Part shown: one piece after another, positions 11,545 through 23,018 of the stretch
Numbering within the stretch: the first letter of the stretch is position 1
Layout: every line of letters begins with the position of its first letter
Assembly (NCBI RefSeq): GCF_902713615.1
Contig: NC_052153.1
Span: 96,288,301 to 96,352,300 of the forward strand
From: Scyliorhinus canicula
Taxonomy: Eukaryota
Direction of reading: 5' to 3'
Length of the DNA stretch: 64,000 bases
Made by a program: the position numbers and the translations under genes
The notes under the pieces: model-generated
What the model was told of the DNA's origin: nothing
Databases searched by the model: none
What the model saw: only the letters and a program-made list of their open reading frames with translations

Positions 11545-12920
11545 TATAACCTTTCATTAGATGAGATAACAGAAATGGTTGGTGAGGGTAAAGCTGTTGA
11601 TCTGGAGTATATGGACTTCCAAAAAGTATTTGATAGAGTGATGCACAACAGGCTTGTGAGCAATGTTAGAGCTCGCAATGGACAGTAGCAACATGGATAC
11701 AGAATTAGCTCAATGACAGAGAAGGGAGCAATGGTTAATGGATGTTTTTCAGACTGTAGGAAGTTTTATAGTGGAGTCCCCCAAGGGTCAGTGTTAGGAA
11801 AGCCTGCTGTTCCAGAGATATAAGTGGCTTAGTCCTGGGGAACAATATAAACATTTGCAGACAATTAAAAATTTGGAAAAATGATAGTGCAGAACTTCAA
11901 AATGAAATGGACAGATTGGACATTCAGATCAAATTTAATACAGAGACTTATTTTGACAAAAAAAACACAAAGACAATATAATAATAATCTTTATTGTCAC
12001 AGGTAGTGTGACATTAACACTGCAATGAAGTTACTGTGAAATGACCCTCAAGGCCACATTATGGCACCTGTTCGGGTACACTGAGGGAGAATTCAGAATG
12101 TCCAATTTACCTAACAGCACGTCTTTCAGAACTTGTGGGAGGAAACCGGAGCACCCGGAGGAAACCCACGCAGACACGTGGAGAACGTGCAGACTCCGGA
12201 GAGACAGTGACCCAAGCCAAGATTCAAACCCAGATCCCTGGAGCTGTGAAGCAACAGTGCTACCCACTGTGCTAAACGGTGTAATTCTAAAGGGGTGTAG
12301 GAGCAGAGAGACCTGGGTGTATATGTACATGATAATTGAAGGTGGCAGAAGTGGTTGAGAGAGTGGCAAATAAAGCATACAATATCCAAGATTCTGCTAA
12401 CAGAAGCATAAAGTACAAAAGCAAGGAAATTATGTGAAACTTAGAGAAAACACTTTCAACCTCAACTCCAGTATTGCCTGTAGTTCTGGGTGCCACACTT
12501 TAGGAAAAATATGAAGGCATTAGAGAGGGTACAGAAAAGATTCACACAGATGGTTCCAAAGATGAGGAACTTCAGTAACGGAGATAAATTGGAGAAGTTG
12601 GGATTCTTTACTTTGTGAAGGCAAAGTTGAGAGGATATTTGATCGAGGTATACAAAATCATGACGTTTCTGGACAGAGGCGATATGGAGAAACTATTCCC
12701 ATTGGTGGAAGGATCAAGAACCAAAGAACACAGATTTAAGGTAATTGACAAAAGAAGCAATGATGATAAGAGTAAAAGCTTTTACATGCAGTGAGTGGTT
12801 AGGACCTGGAGCGGACTGTCAGAGGACGTGGTGGACACAGGTTCAATTGAAGCATTCAAGAGGGAATTGTATTATCTGATAAGGAAGAATATGCAAGGCC
12901 TTTGGCAGAAGGGTGGGGGG
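11545..12920 (+). mobile_element. Old CR1 ORF2 3' half interrupted by a SINE
   Basis: [19 protein letters not shown] and FWVPHFRK..LERVQKRFT remnants. Confidence 0.8.
11978..12272 (-). mobile_element. HE1-like V-SINE (tRNA head) with GTGACAATAAAG(ATT)n tail
   Basis: V-domain TCTCCACGTGTCTGCGTGGGTTTCCTCCGGGTGCTCCGGTTTCCTCCCACA on the minus strand. Confidence 0.85.
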
Positions 12921-13685
12921 AGGGGGGAACTAGGTGCATTGCTCCAGCATAGACACAATAGGTGGAATTTTATTATTTATTTTTCAAAGTAGTTTCTCGG
13001 GCCAGGAAAGCAGAGGGCAGCCTGTCAACTACCTTGCCAGCTTTTCCCTCCAAATTTTCAAGTCTTTAAAAATAGAAATGGAATGGACAGGACTCAGAAT
13101 GCCATGCTGGTTAGGCAGGCTACTCGCCCCTGACTGATTGGGGTACCTGTGTGAAAAACAAACAGGCAAAAAAATCCCCCACGGAAGCGAACCCTCAGTG
13201 GGTAGAATGGTCAAGTTCTGTGTTGTAATCATTCTGTGAATCTGTGATTTGTGTTCCCAATGACCTTCAACTGGGCAGCAAGTAATCATGAGATTTGGCC
13301 CCAGTGTTCTAGAATTATTGACAGAGAAAAAAAAGGCAGCTACAATTGCTGATTTTGAATCACAATTCTATGACTGCTGGAATGTGCAGCGATGAGAACA
13401 GCATTGTATGCCATGATCAAATAGACTGCTGATATTGTATAGGTTAACGCATGAAGCCAATGAGCAAGGAGCAGAAGAGCTGCTGGGGCCTGTTAAGATT
13501 GTATCCCAGCACAATTCAGAATCTTCGGATCTTCAGAAGACGAGGGGTAGGGCAGAGGTGGGGGGGGGCTGTCGGAAGAAAACTGGGATTGGAACATGGA
13601 GCACAAATTTAGTCTACAATTACATAAATTAACAGTAAGTCGTTCACTTTGCTGCACCTCATGAGATCATTGCAGTGGAGCCAGG

Positions 13686-13802
13686 TAAGGAAGGAGCTGT
13701 TCTCCGAAAGCTAGTGATTCGAAACAAACCTGTTGGACTTTAACCTGGTGTTGTAAGACTTCTGACTTTGCTCACCCCAGTCCAACGCTGGCATCTCCAC
13801 AT
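13686..13802 (+). mobile_element. Penelope-like pLTR 3' fragment with a broken hammerhead core
   Basis: AGGAAGGAGCTGTTCTCCGAAAGCTAGTG..GTTGGACTTTAACCTGGTGTTGTAAGACTT matches 15601-16126; the 13-bp TSD CATAAATTAACAG (13623-13635, 13803-13815) encloses it. Confidence 0.8.
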
Positions 13803-15085
13803 CATAAATTAACAGCACTTACAAAATATCTGGCAATAATCTGAGGTCCACCCGAATATTATGGAGAAAGCCCAACAGCAGTTCTGGCGAGTGATGAGGC
13901 AGAGGAATGCAATGGAAGTGCACAGAATTCCCCTTTCATTCTTCTCTTTAGAATCACAGAGCAGGATCCATTTTAAGGGTCCAAATTCTGGTACTGCTTT
14001 GAATCCGAAGCAGGCAAAGGCTGTCAGCTGTTAGAATGTTGTATAATAGGCCTGGCACCAGTGCAATGATCTCATGAGGTCCAGCAAAGGGAATGACTTG
14101 CAGCAGTTGGCAAGCAGCCGTCACTCTGTCACCTCCCTAGCATTCTCCTGCACAGTACTCCACTGACCAGCCCATACTGCTGTCACAAACATAATGTGAA
14201 ATTGTCAGGAAAATGGGTATGTAATTGGTTGTTAGTATTGCTCATTTTTCTCTCTCTAAATTAGGGCATTTGTTCAAATTAGGAGCTGGGAAATTAAAAT
14301 CTTCAATTGGGGTAAGTGTTGTGTCTTCATGTTTGTTCCTGATTGGAGCAAGATCACTTTAAGAGTTCAATCACATGATGTATTGATGACAACATTTGCA
14401 GTGTGGGTGGGCTAACAGGCAGTCTAGTCTAGCAGCCTGTAGAGAAGACAACTTTCCAATAAATCTCTTCTTTGTTTATACCTCCGTGGTCTGCAAGCCG
14501 AGCCTTTACAAATACCACAAAGAAAACTAGTGATGAGGATGGGATTGGTACCACGTTGGCAGGCCCCCGGAGAAGAAAGAAATATATAGAAAAATTGTCT
14601 CTCCATGCACTGACATCCAAAATGTATGAGCTAAAAAGAACTTTGTTACACCAAAGCTGGCAATAGAGGGGTGCAGAATAATAGCAGCAACCATCGAAGG
14701 CGCCAAAATGTAAGCTGAGATTTTGGTGAAACAGCATCAAAAGAAGCTTGCCATGTGCTCTGCCTTGAAAGTTCTGGAACAGTTCTCCCTCTACTGTGAG
14801 TAGCTAGTCAAGTATACAATACCCTGCAACAATAGTTTAGAGCTTGGGTCTTCCAAACTTGGAAAATAACAGGCTGAACTCAGGGTTACCTTGTTTGAAA
14901 GGAGAAAATGTGGAGTAGTGCTAAATCCTTGGTGGCACATTTGTGCTTATGCAAGCCTTCCCATAGTAAAATGGCGGGAGTTTTGGCATCATAGAATCAT
15001 TTGATGAAAGCACTGAGCGCTGGAGCTCATAACCTGAAAGATTCAAATGCCTTGTCCAGGTAAACAAAATTGCGACAGACATAAT

Positions 15086-15433
15086 GGACGGGATTCTCCG
15101 TCCCCCCCCACCCCGCCGGGTCGGAGAATTCACGGGGGCGGCGCGAATCCCGCCCCGCCGGCGGCAGGGGCAGGGATTATGCCACGCCGGTTGGGGGCCG
15201 TTGGCAGCAGCCCCCCCCCCCCGGCAATTCTCCGGTGGGCCGAGCGGCATGCGCTAAACCACGCCAGCGGTTCTACGCATGTGCTAACTTGCGCAGTCCC
15301 TTCGGCGCCGGCCTACGCGGCACCAATCCCTCTGGTGAATTCCGCAACTTCCGGTTGGCCCCACGCCGGAGTGGTTCGTGCCATTCTTGGTGCCGGCGTA
15401 GGGCCAATTCGCCGATTGCGGTGAAACCCACCC
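15086..15433. mobile_element. Harbinger-type MITE inside Gypsy gag
   Basis: Ends GGACGGGATTCTCC / GGTGAAACCCACCC; exact 3-bp TSD AAT; removal restores the gag frame. Confidence 0.8.
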
Positions 15434-15688
15434 AATATTCTCGACTTTCCTGTGCACAATGGGTAGAAACATTTTTAATATCCTGCAGAGTCTGATGCAA
15501 CCAAAAAAATACAGACTCGCAAACCTATGATGAAATTGACTATTCTACACCTAAACCTTTGGTCATTGCTGAGAGGTGAATCAGTCACACTATTTGTAGC
15601 CATGATGTGGAAATGCCGGCGTTGGACTGGGGTGAGCACAGTAAGAAGTCTTACAACACCAGGTAAAGTCCAAGATGTTTGTTTCAAA

Positions 15689-15725
15689 CACTAGCTTTCG
15701 GAGCACTGCTCCTTCCTCAGGTGAA
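15689..15725 (-). ncRNA. Minimal type I hammerhead ribozyme
   Basis: Minus strand TTCAC-CTGAGGA-A-GGAGC-AGT-GCTCC-GAAA-GC-TA-GTG: CUGANGA and GAAA cores, 5-bp helix II, palindromic AGCU helix III, CAC/GTG helix I. Confidence 0.8.
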
Positions 15726-15728
15726 TGC

Positions 15729-15765
15729 TTTACCTGAGGAAGGAGCAGTGCTCCGAAAGCTAGTG
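15729..15765 (+). ncRNA. Minimal type I hammerhead ribozyme
   Basis: TTTAC-CTGAGGA-A-GGAGC-AGT-GCTCC-GAAA-GC-TA-GTG; predicted cleavage after 15762. Confidence 0.8.
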
Positions 15766-15787
15766 TTTGAAAAAAACATGTTGGACT

Positions 15788-16093
15788 TGTGGTAATATGA
15801 CTAGGGAGATCATATTACCTTCGAACCAAGCTGCCATTGGTACAGATGTCTCGCTGCCCATTGGCCCAGGCAAGTCATGTGCCTCTCTGCCAATTAGAGG
15901 CTGTGGCTAGTCATGTGACTCCCCGCCGATTGGCTGAGAGGTTGGTAGTTCCACCTACACGGCGGGGTATAAGAACTCGTACCGGCTGGCAGTCGGCCTT
16001 TTTCTGTACGACCACTGTCGGGCTCACATCTAGCGTATTAAAGCCTGTTGTTTGGAACTTCACTACGACTCGAGTCCAATTGATGGTGGATCA
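15788..16093 (+). mobile_element. Solo LTR (306 bp)
   Basis: TG...CA ends, perfect 5-bp TSD GGACT (15783-15787, 16094-16098), TATAAG and ATTAAA inside. Confidence 0.9.
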
Positions 16094-16266
16094 GGACTTT
16101 AACCTGGTGTTGTAAGACTTCTTACTACACTATTGAAGAAATTAGCTGCAGCCTGTGAATTTGAAAATGTCTTGAATGACACAATTAGAGACAGACTGAG
16201 ACTTCAGACAGTTCCAACTTACTTACCTGGCTAATTACTAAGGAAATTTTAGATGGAAAAGTCCTC

Positions 16267-17130
16267 GGGCGGGAATTTCCCAACAGCCCGCGGAGGTGGC
16301 CTACCAGTGGGATATACTGGTCCTGGCATTAACAATGTGATTTTCCGAGCAGCACGGTGGTGCAGTGGGTTAGCCCTGCTGCCTCACGGCGCCGAGGTCC
16401 CAGGTTCGATCCCGGCTCTGGGTCACTGTCCGTATGGAGTTTGCACATTCTCCCCGTGTTTGCGTGAGTTTCGCCCCCACAACTCAACGATGTGCAGACT
16501 AGGTGGATTGGCCACGCTAAATTGCCCCTTAATTGGAAAAAAAATAATTGGGTACTCTAAATTTATTTTAAAAAAGCTCCACTACCTGACCACCACTGAC
16601 TCCCCAATGCCTACCCCCGACATGACCTACTAGCACCCGACCTGACAAACCCATCTACCTGGCAACTCACCCAGCTGCTATCCTAATCACATACCCCTAT
16701 AACCAGCTGTCACCCTACCCACCTATCACCCTGCCCATCTACCACACTACCCAACTAACTCCATATCCAGCTACCACCCTGCTCATTTACCTCGCCCGTC
16801 CTACCCATTTACACACTTAACACATACAACCATTCACTCACCCATTAATTCACACACTCACTCAGACACCACTCATTAACATGCTAAAAACCTCTTTCAT
16901 TGTCCTGAAACTTTTCAGTGAGTTAATGAACACTTGCCAGAATACAACAGCTGATGCCGTAAAAAGGGGGCAAGATTTGTCTTCCCCATGATGATCCAGA
17001 GCTGCGAGGAAGCTTGCTCCACATTTCCGAAGGAGCTGGAATCGGAAGAGGGGCCAGAAATGCAGAGCAGAGTCATGGTGCAGAAAAGTAGAAGCGGATG
17101 GTGTCTACCATTCCTCGGAAGATTCGGGCC
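16267..17130. mobile_element. MITE-like element with a C/A-rich low-complexity interior, interrupted by a SINE
   Basis: Ends GGGCGGGAATTTCC / GGAAGATTCGGGCC; degenerate ACCC/CACT repeats at 16580-16880. Confidence 0.5.
16347..16575 (+). mobile_element. HE1-like V-SINE, short-tail type
   Basis: A box TGGTGCAGTGG, B box GGTTCGATCCC, TGGAGTTTGCACATTCTCCCCGTG, A-rich tail. Confidence 0.9.
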
Positions 17131-18041
17131 ATGGAACCTGTTAAAATAAATAGGTTACTGTTTTTATACATTCAAAAATAAAGTCACTACCTTAGCTATT
17201 TTCCAAATTGAGTTTTAATTTGGAAACTCATTTTTGTTGAAGTAGTAACATAAAATATGAAGGGAATATTTACTCCCCAGTCTGCACCTGACTACAATAC
17301 TCGGAAGCTCTTAAAATATCAATTTCTATAGAGTATTAAGGTATGATTACTTCATTGATAATATTAATGAATCCCGGCACTGCTACAAACAAAACAGTAT
17401 ATGGATGCTTTTCTGTTCTTCTGCTGTAAAAATGTCACTGATGGCAAGTACAAACCTCAGCGCTAATGGTACTTTTGTTATTAGTGAAATGAATCTTTTC
17501 CGGTAGTCAAATTACCCTTCTAAACACATGCCACAATCATGTTATTATCAGCTGAAATCATACTGGACAATTTAAGTAATATTATCTATGTTCCTGTATA
17601 TAGAAAAATATTATAATACAGAACAATTATGCAAAGAAACAAAAGATTGTGACTAAAATACATCATGCTGGGTAAAAGGTTCTAACCACCATTGCATAAG
17701 CACTACTGAGGCAAAATTACATTTTTCTTTGTCCATTTAAATGATGAGAACTGGAACATTGAGAAATATTTTGTTCTGGATACATTTTCAAAAGCTGAGG
17801 GAAAAATTCTACTTCCCTGCGAGAATTGTCCTTCCCTCAAGTCGTTTGGTGATACACCCAAGAACAATTACTGTCCATAAGTTTAAAGATAAATTAATAC
17901 TTTAAAATATATTGTTTGGGAATGGTGAGCAGCCTTCTCAATGAGTTAATTCACTGGTTCCAAAGCAATCACCACGAAGCATCCAAAGAGGTCATCAGTA
18001 TGTTGGGGCCCGCAGGAGATTTCCTAATTTTCCTCTTTTAA

Positions 18042-18221
18042 AGGGCCAGGTTCGATCCCGGCTCTGGGTCACTGTCCGTGTGGAGTTTGCATATTATCCT
18101 CATTTTTGCGTGGGTTACGCCCCCAAAACCCAAAGATGTGCAGGATAGGTGCATTGGCCACGTTAAATTGCCCCTTAATTGGAAAAAATGAATTGGGTAC
18201 TCTAAATTTTGAAGAAAAAAA
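18042..18221 (+). mobile_element. 5'-truncated HE1-like SINE
   Basis: Starts at the B box; TSD TTTCCTCTTTTAA (18029-18041, 18222-18234). Confidence 0.85.
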
Positions 18222-18572
18222 TTTCCTCTTTTAATAAAGCAGTCCAATAGGTTGATAGTCACAAGCTTAGCCATCGATACTTGAATTTTTGATTGGCTGA
18301 AAGAAGAGCTATAAATAATTAGCCCGAACCCCAAAATAAATAATAGGCACCAAGAAAAAAATAAGACATCATAGATTGATTCTTCAACCCATTTTGCAAG
18401 CAGGGATTCATGCTAACAAGGATACAAATCAGTTGACTGAGGTTGATGATGTTGTAGCCTGAGCTCCAATCTGCAGTCTGTTAGCCGAGTTTCCCTGTTA
18501 GGAACACAGGATTGGAGAAAAATGCTGGCAGAGATTTCCATCTTGAGGTTATTGACAAGGCCAGAAAGTCAC

Positions 18573-20116
18573 TAGGTGGAATTCTCCCAAGCCCCCGCCG
18601 GCAGGTTCAATGGTGGGCAGAGGGTGGGAGAATTCAGCGGGAGACTCAACAATCAGTTTTACGCCGGCGTGAATTTACAGTGGGATGTTTCTTTGCTGTC
18701 CACCTTGGCAGATCAGGAAACCTGATGGAGGTCAGCATGAAACTAATTTGCATTCTGCTAATGGAATTCAACCATCCACGCCAGATTCTCAATGGCACCA
18801 GTACAAAAATAAGTTGTTACAAAACACGTTTGGAACAGCTTGGTGTGCAGGTGTCGGGACTTACCTGAACAATGCCTCGGGCTGTCGCCAGTGTGCAGAA
18901 TGAAGGCCACTGGCAACCCTGGACCCCAGAACGTCACAGCAGTGGGTGGCGGGAGCATCTGTAGGTGGATCTGCCAGATTTGCAACCCTTGTTGGCCTCT
19001 ACCCTCCAGCCACAGAATGTTCCTCGAGATCAGTCCTCTTTAACAGGAGGCCTATCTTCTAGACTCAGAGTGCCTCCAGAGATCCACCTTCATTTTCAGG
19101 ATATCCACTTTCTTTCTTCAACCGTGGTTCAACGACGTTGGGTGCTGCTTCAATAGGGCAGAGGATAGGATGACGGACGAAGCACCATCAGGCCTTCCAC
19201 ATCACATAATATGGTGTAAAATACCCGGTCAGGGCAGGAATATTTGGTTTGTTTTCCCACTCGCCTACACAGATGGAAACAGTGCCACTTCCATCATGGT
19301 ACTTAGTCCTCAGTTGGGACAATTCTGCCCACTCTCTGTTTGGCCCTGCCCCCTTTGGTCGAGTTTACCTTTCAACATATTCAGTAGTTACCTCCACAAA
19401 CACATCACCTTGGGTGATTTAATGAAAACAAAGAGTCCTGTTTTGGGCACGAATAGCAGGGTATTTCTCTGCGACCTGCTATCAAATGGGACTTTTGTTT
19501 GGCCTAACCAAGGAACCCCTCGAGGCCGCATTTACCTCACTTCCTGCACTGACGTGCTCAGCTTGTCAGTGCGGGAAGAGACTGAGACAAAATTTTTTAA
19601 TGCTGCCATGATCTCGCGATCCCCTCAGCCACCCTACTGCGGCATCTGGACCCCTTCAATGTACCTGTTCGGGGGTCCTCGAGTCCCCCCTCACCCCATC
19701 TCTTAAGAGCAGTGCACCCTCAGGTCACGCTCCTGGCATGGGCAACCTGGCACCCAGGCACCTTGGTACTTCCAGCCTGAATGTGCCTCCATGGAACCCG
19801 AGCAGTGCCAGGGTGCCTGGGTGACTCTGCCAGGGTGCCCATGTGGCACTGCCAAGGTGCCAGGCTGGCAGTGCTCAGGTACCTGGGTGGCAGGAGTGCC
19901 AGGGTACCATCTTCCCAGAACCCAACCACCTGGGGGTCTCTGATGGCCTGGGAACCCCCCCCCCCCCCCCCCACCAGCACTGTTACGCCTGGACCATGTT
20001 TGTGTGGACCAGTGCTAAACAGCGCCATGGCGAGGTCTCCCAGGTGAGGCCTCTCACAATTTAATGGCCTTATCGTGCCACCGAGTCGCGTGCAACAAGG
20101 CCATTCGATTGCGCCC
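18573..20116. mobile_element. Composite of Harbinger-derived non-autonomous elements
   Basis: GGTGGAATTCTCC start, GATTGCGCCC end, GC-rich TGCCAGGG/GGCACC repeats at 19720-19910. Confidence 0.55.
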
Positions 20117-20585
20117 TATGTCTCCTAAAGTCATCTGTACGCTTTGTCTCACTGTCCTAAACCATTGTTTGTCAACAAGTTATACCCAGAATCCCTTGTT
20201 TATCTTATTTATGTAATGATAGGGTAAATTTAGTTTGTATGCTTGTGTAGAAATGGACTTATCTCACCAAATATGGTCAGGTCAGGCAATCAATGTGATT
20301 TAATGTTAATTCAAAGCAGGTTGTATTGATGGGCTGTTCATTGTCTATTGTGGGCTAAGCATTTTCCATTTGCTGGAAAGAACACATGGGTAATAGGGCA
20401 GAGGAGCATTAAGCAAAGAGGGCATTGCTGCATGGTGTCCAAGGCTACCTGCAGGAAGGTAAGAGTGCCCCAGTTTTTAAAAAATGGATATGGCAACCTT
20501 CTGATTTGTGTCACCTCAATGGGTATTATGGAGTTGGGTGTCTCGATTATTGGTCCCAATAGCCAATTATGGTGCTGCCAATCGG

Positions 20586-21404
20586 CACCGGAGTCGCCAA
20601 TAATGTTGCCAATTAATAATGATGCTCTTTAGAGTTGTCAGATATCAAATGACTTTACCACAAGGCTTTACCGGATATCGATCAAAGGACCACACAACCA
20701 GTTAGTCAGTTCAAGTTCAAAGATGGTTTATTTACTCACAAGGATTACTTCGACATGCAACACAAATCACTATAGGTTAAACTACACCTAACTACTACAA
20801 TAACCTATACTTAACTTCAGGGCAACCGGCTCTATGCAGATGGACAAGGCCTTTGTCTGGATCTTGCGTGGCTGGGTGGAAGAAGTGGCTCTGTTTCTGC
20901 TGGGCTCATCTGTCTGGTAGCGATCGTTGGTCTTGAACTTGTCTGTCTAGTCATTATGCTGCACTTGGGTTGGCATAGGCCAGATCCAAGAGAGACCGAG
21001 CACATGGCTGTGTCCCCTCTTATCCCTCTGGGATTTTGCGCTCTTTGGGGCGGTCCTTAACTTGGACCCAATAATTCAACAGGCTTCGATCACTGCCTTT
21101 GATTTTGGCCAATGAAGGGGTGGGTGCCTTGATGGCTGGACTTGTCCTTAGCGGTCATTGACCTTGGCTGTTTGGGCTCCCTGAGTAAAGGGAGTGGCGC
21201 CGATTCGGCTATATCTGTATCGGTTACCTGAGTACAGTTCTTTTGTTCTGGGGAAATGGGCCATTAGAATGCAAACGAGCGGGGGTTTCGATCACGTCTA
21301 GCTATCTGGGTTGCAAATACACACACAAGCTCTGAGTCTGTCTGAGTCCTGGGTTGGCCATAATTCCTATGGTCCTTTGCAGGTGGCTATCTGAGGTGGC
21401 TACA
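20586..21404 (-). mobile_element. LTR (20604-21404) plus PBS-like stub
   Basis: Minus strand begins TGTAGCCACC and ends GGCAACA, followed by TTATTGGCGACTCCGGTG; TCGG flanks both sides. Confidence 0.55.
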
Positions 21405-21559
21405 TCGGGCATTGTGAAAACTTGTCAAATCCTTCTCACTATTACTTTTATTCCATTTTTTTCATGATTATGGAATTTGTGCATTGGAACTCTCAACATG
21501 TTTCCACATCATAGGAAGAAAAGGCATAATTTATGGGAAGTAAGGTCACCAAATAAACC

Positions 21560-22090
21560 TTGAGAAATGCACAAAATGTCGAACTGAAGCAAAAGGAGAA
21601 ATCAAGAAGGTGAAGAGGGAGTTTGAAAGACTGACCATCAGCATTAATGGGAAATAGCAAATGCTTTTATAAACACATCATTCAGAAGATAATGAAAGAA
21701 GGAGTACGGCCACTTAGTCATAAAAGGTGCCATCTTGTGCTTAAGAGTTAGGTAAACGCAAATGTTTAACTGATATTTTTCAGTAAAAACTGGTGTAAAT
21801 TATGAAATTAGGACTGTACCAAATGTAGAACAAAAATTCACTTGAATTATACTATAATGAGAAATTAATATATGATAGGCTCAAAAAAATCTTTCGCTAA
21901 ATAACTGAAATAGAGAAAATTTAGGGCAATCTGTACTGGCGATATTCAAAACTATGAAAGGCTTTGAGAAAGTAAATAGTGAAAGTATTCCAACAGCTTG
22001 GCAAATCAGTAATGAGGATATAAAATAAGAATGATCATAGCAAAACAGAGGAAAAAGTTAAATGTTTTCCACATGGTGAGTTGCCTGCAA
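21560..22090 (+). mobile_element. Highly decayed CR1 fragment
   Basis: Remnants such as GEIKKVKREFE, FYKHI and IFKTMKGFEKVNSE. Confidence 0.5.
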
Positions 22091-23018
22091 GCACCACTCT
22101 GCAAGGGGAGCAGGAAACAAAATTATGGCTGTGAATTATAATAAAAGTACAATTAAAGAAAAGCTTTTGACACCATATACATTGGAATTGGTTTAACTAT
22201 TTGATGAGGAAAGAACAGGGGGTGAAATTACTGCCAGTGTTGTAGATTTTCTTCCATTAATACACAAAGTATGAACATATCAGGTGTACGATACCTGTGA
22301 GGAACCCAAGTGTACTTGGGGATTTGAACAACAATTCTTACTTTGTCTGCAGGGTCTTTGGCCTAACCTGTGAACTCTTCCAAACTGTTTAATCTATTTG
22401 GGATCTCAGGTTTGGCACTTGAACCAGGTAGCTTTAGGTGTGTCTGGGCTGGGGCACTCAATTATTGCAGGCATTGGGGAAAAAAATAGCCTGAAATATC
22501 TCCTCCCATTTCATTATAATAGGTGTGCTACTTACGATGGGCACAGGCCTCTGAGAAAGTCTTGAGGAAACCCAGGGCTGCGCAGGGGCTAAGGAAGAGA
22601 CCTGGCAAAATGGGTCTGGCCCTTTTTCCTCTTCACTGGGAATAACTGATCCTACAGGCTTGAACTGGAACAGCTGCAATAAATCAACCTGCTCAGGGCA
22701 GTAACATCTATGAACCAAACATGGTGCACAGTCTTCCTGAAGGTGCAACAACTCTTCATACATTCACCTCAATGATGTGTATACTTTTGCTGGTGGCAAG
22801 TAGGAAGTTATCCCAAAGTCTTTCAGGATAATGCAATACAAAAACGGTCTGATGCTCTGAATGGCATTTACACTCAAAGTAATTTTACAACATTTGTAAA
22901 AATTTATCTGCTTGGGGATGTAACTTGGGGACACACTGGAGTGCATTATTCTAAAATTTAAAATATGACTTGTAACTGCAATTTATTTTTTCTCAATTAG
23001 CATAAAACATTTGCCTTA

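Larger units (their letters stand above)
15601..16126. mobile_element. Penelope-like element, inverted pLTR pair (palindrome)
   Basis: Arm 15640-15725 is the reverse complement of 15729-15787 plus 16099-16126; flanked by ACACTATT direct repeats (15587, 16127). Confidence 0.8.
14317..16240 (+). mobile_element. Decayed Gypsy element: 5' LTR (14317-14519), PBS-like site (14528-14539), gag from ATG 14971, with three nested insertions
   Basis: LTR TG..AATAAA..TACCACA; gag reads MAG..GIIESFDESTERWSS*PERF..IFSTFLCTMGRNIFNILQSLMQP..PKPLVIAER..LKKLAAACEFENVLNDTIRDRL once the inserts are removed. Confidence 0.75.

Noticed and set aside
16347-16420. tRNA-like A and B boxes (also at 54464, 55844 and others)
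   Set aside because: SINE heads, not tRNA genes; no complete cloverleaf
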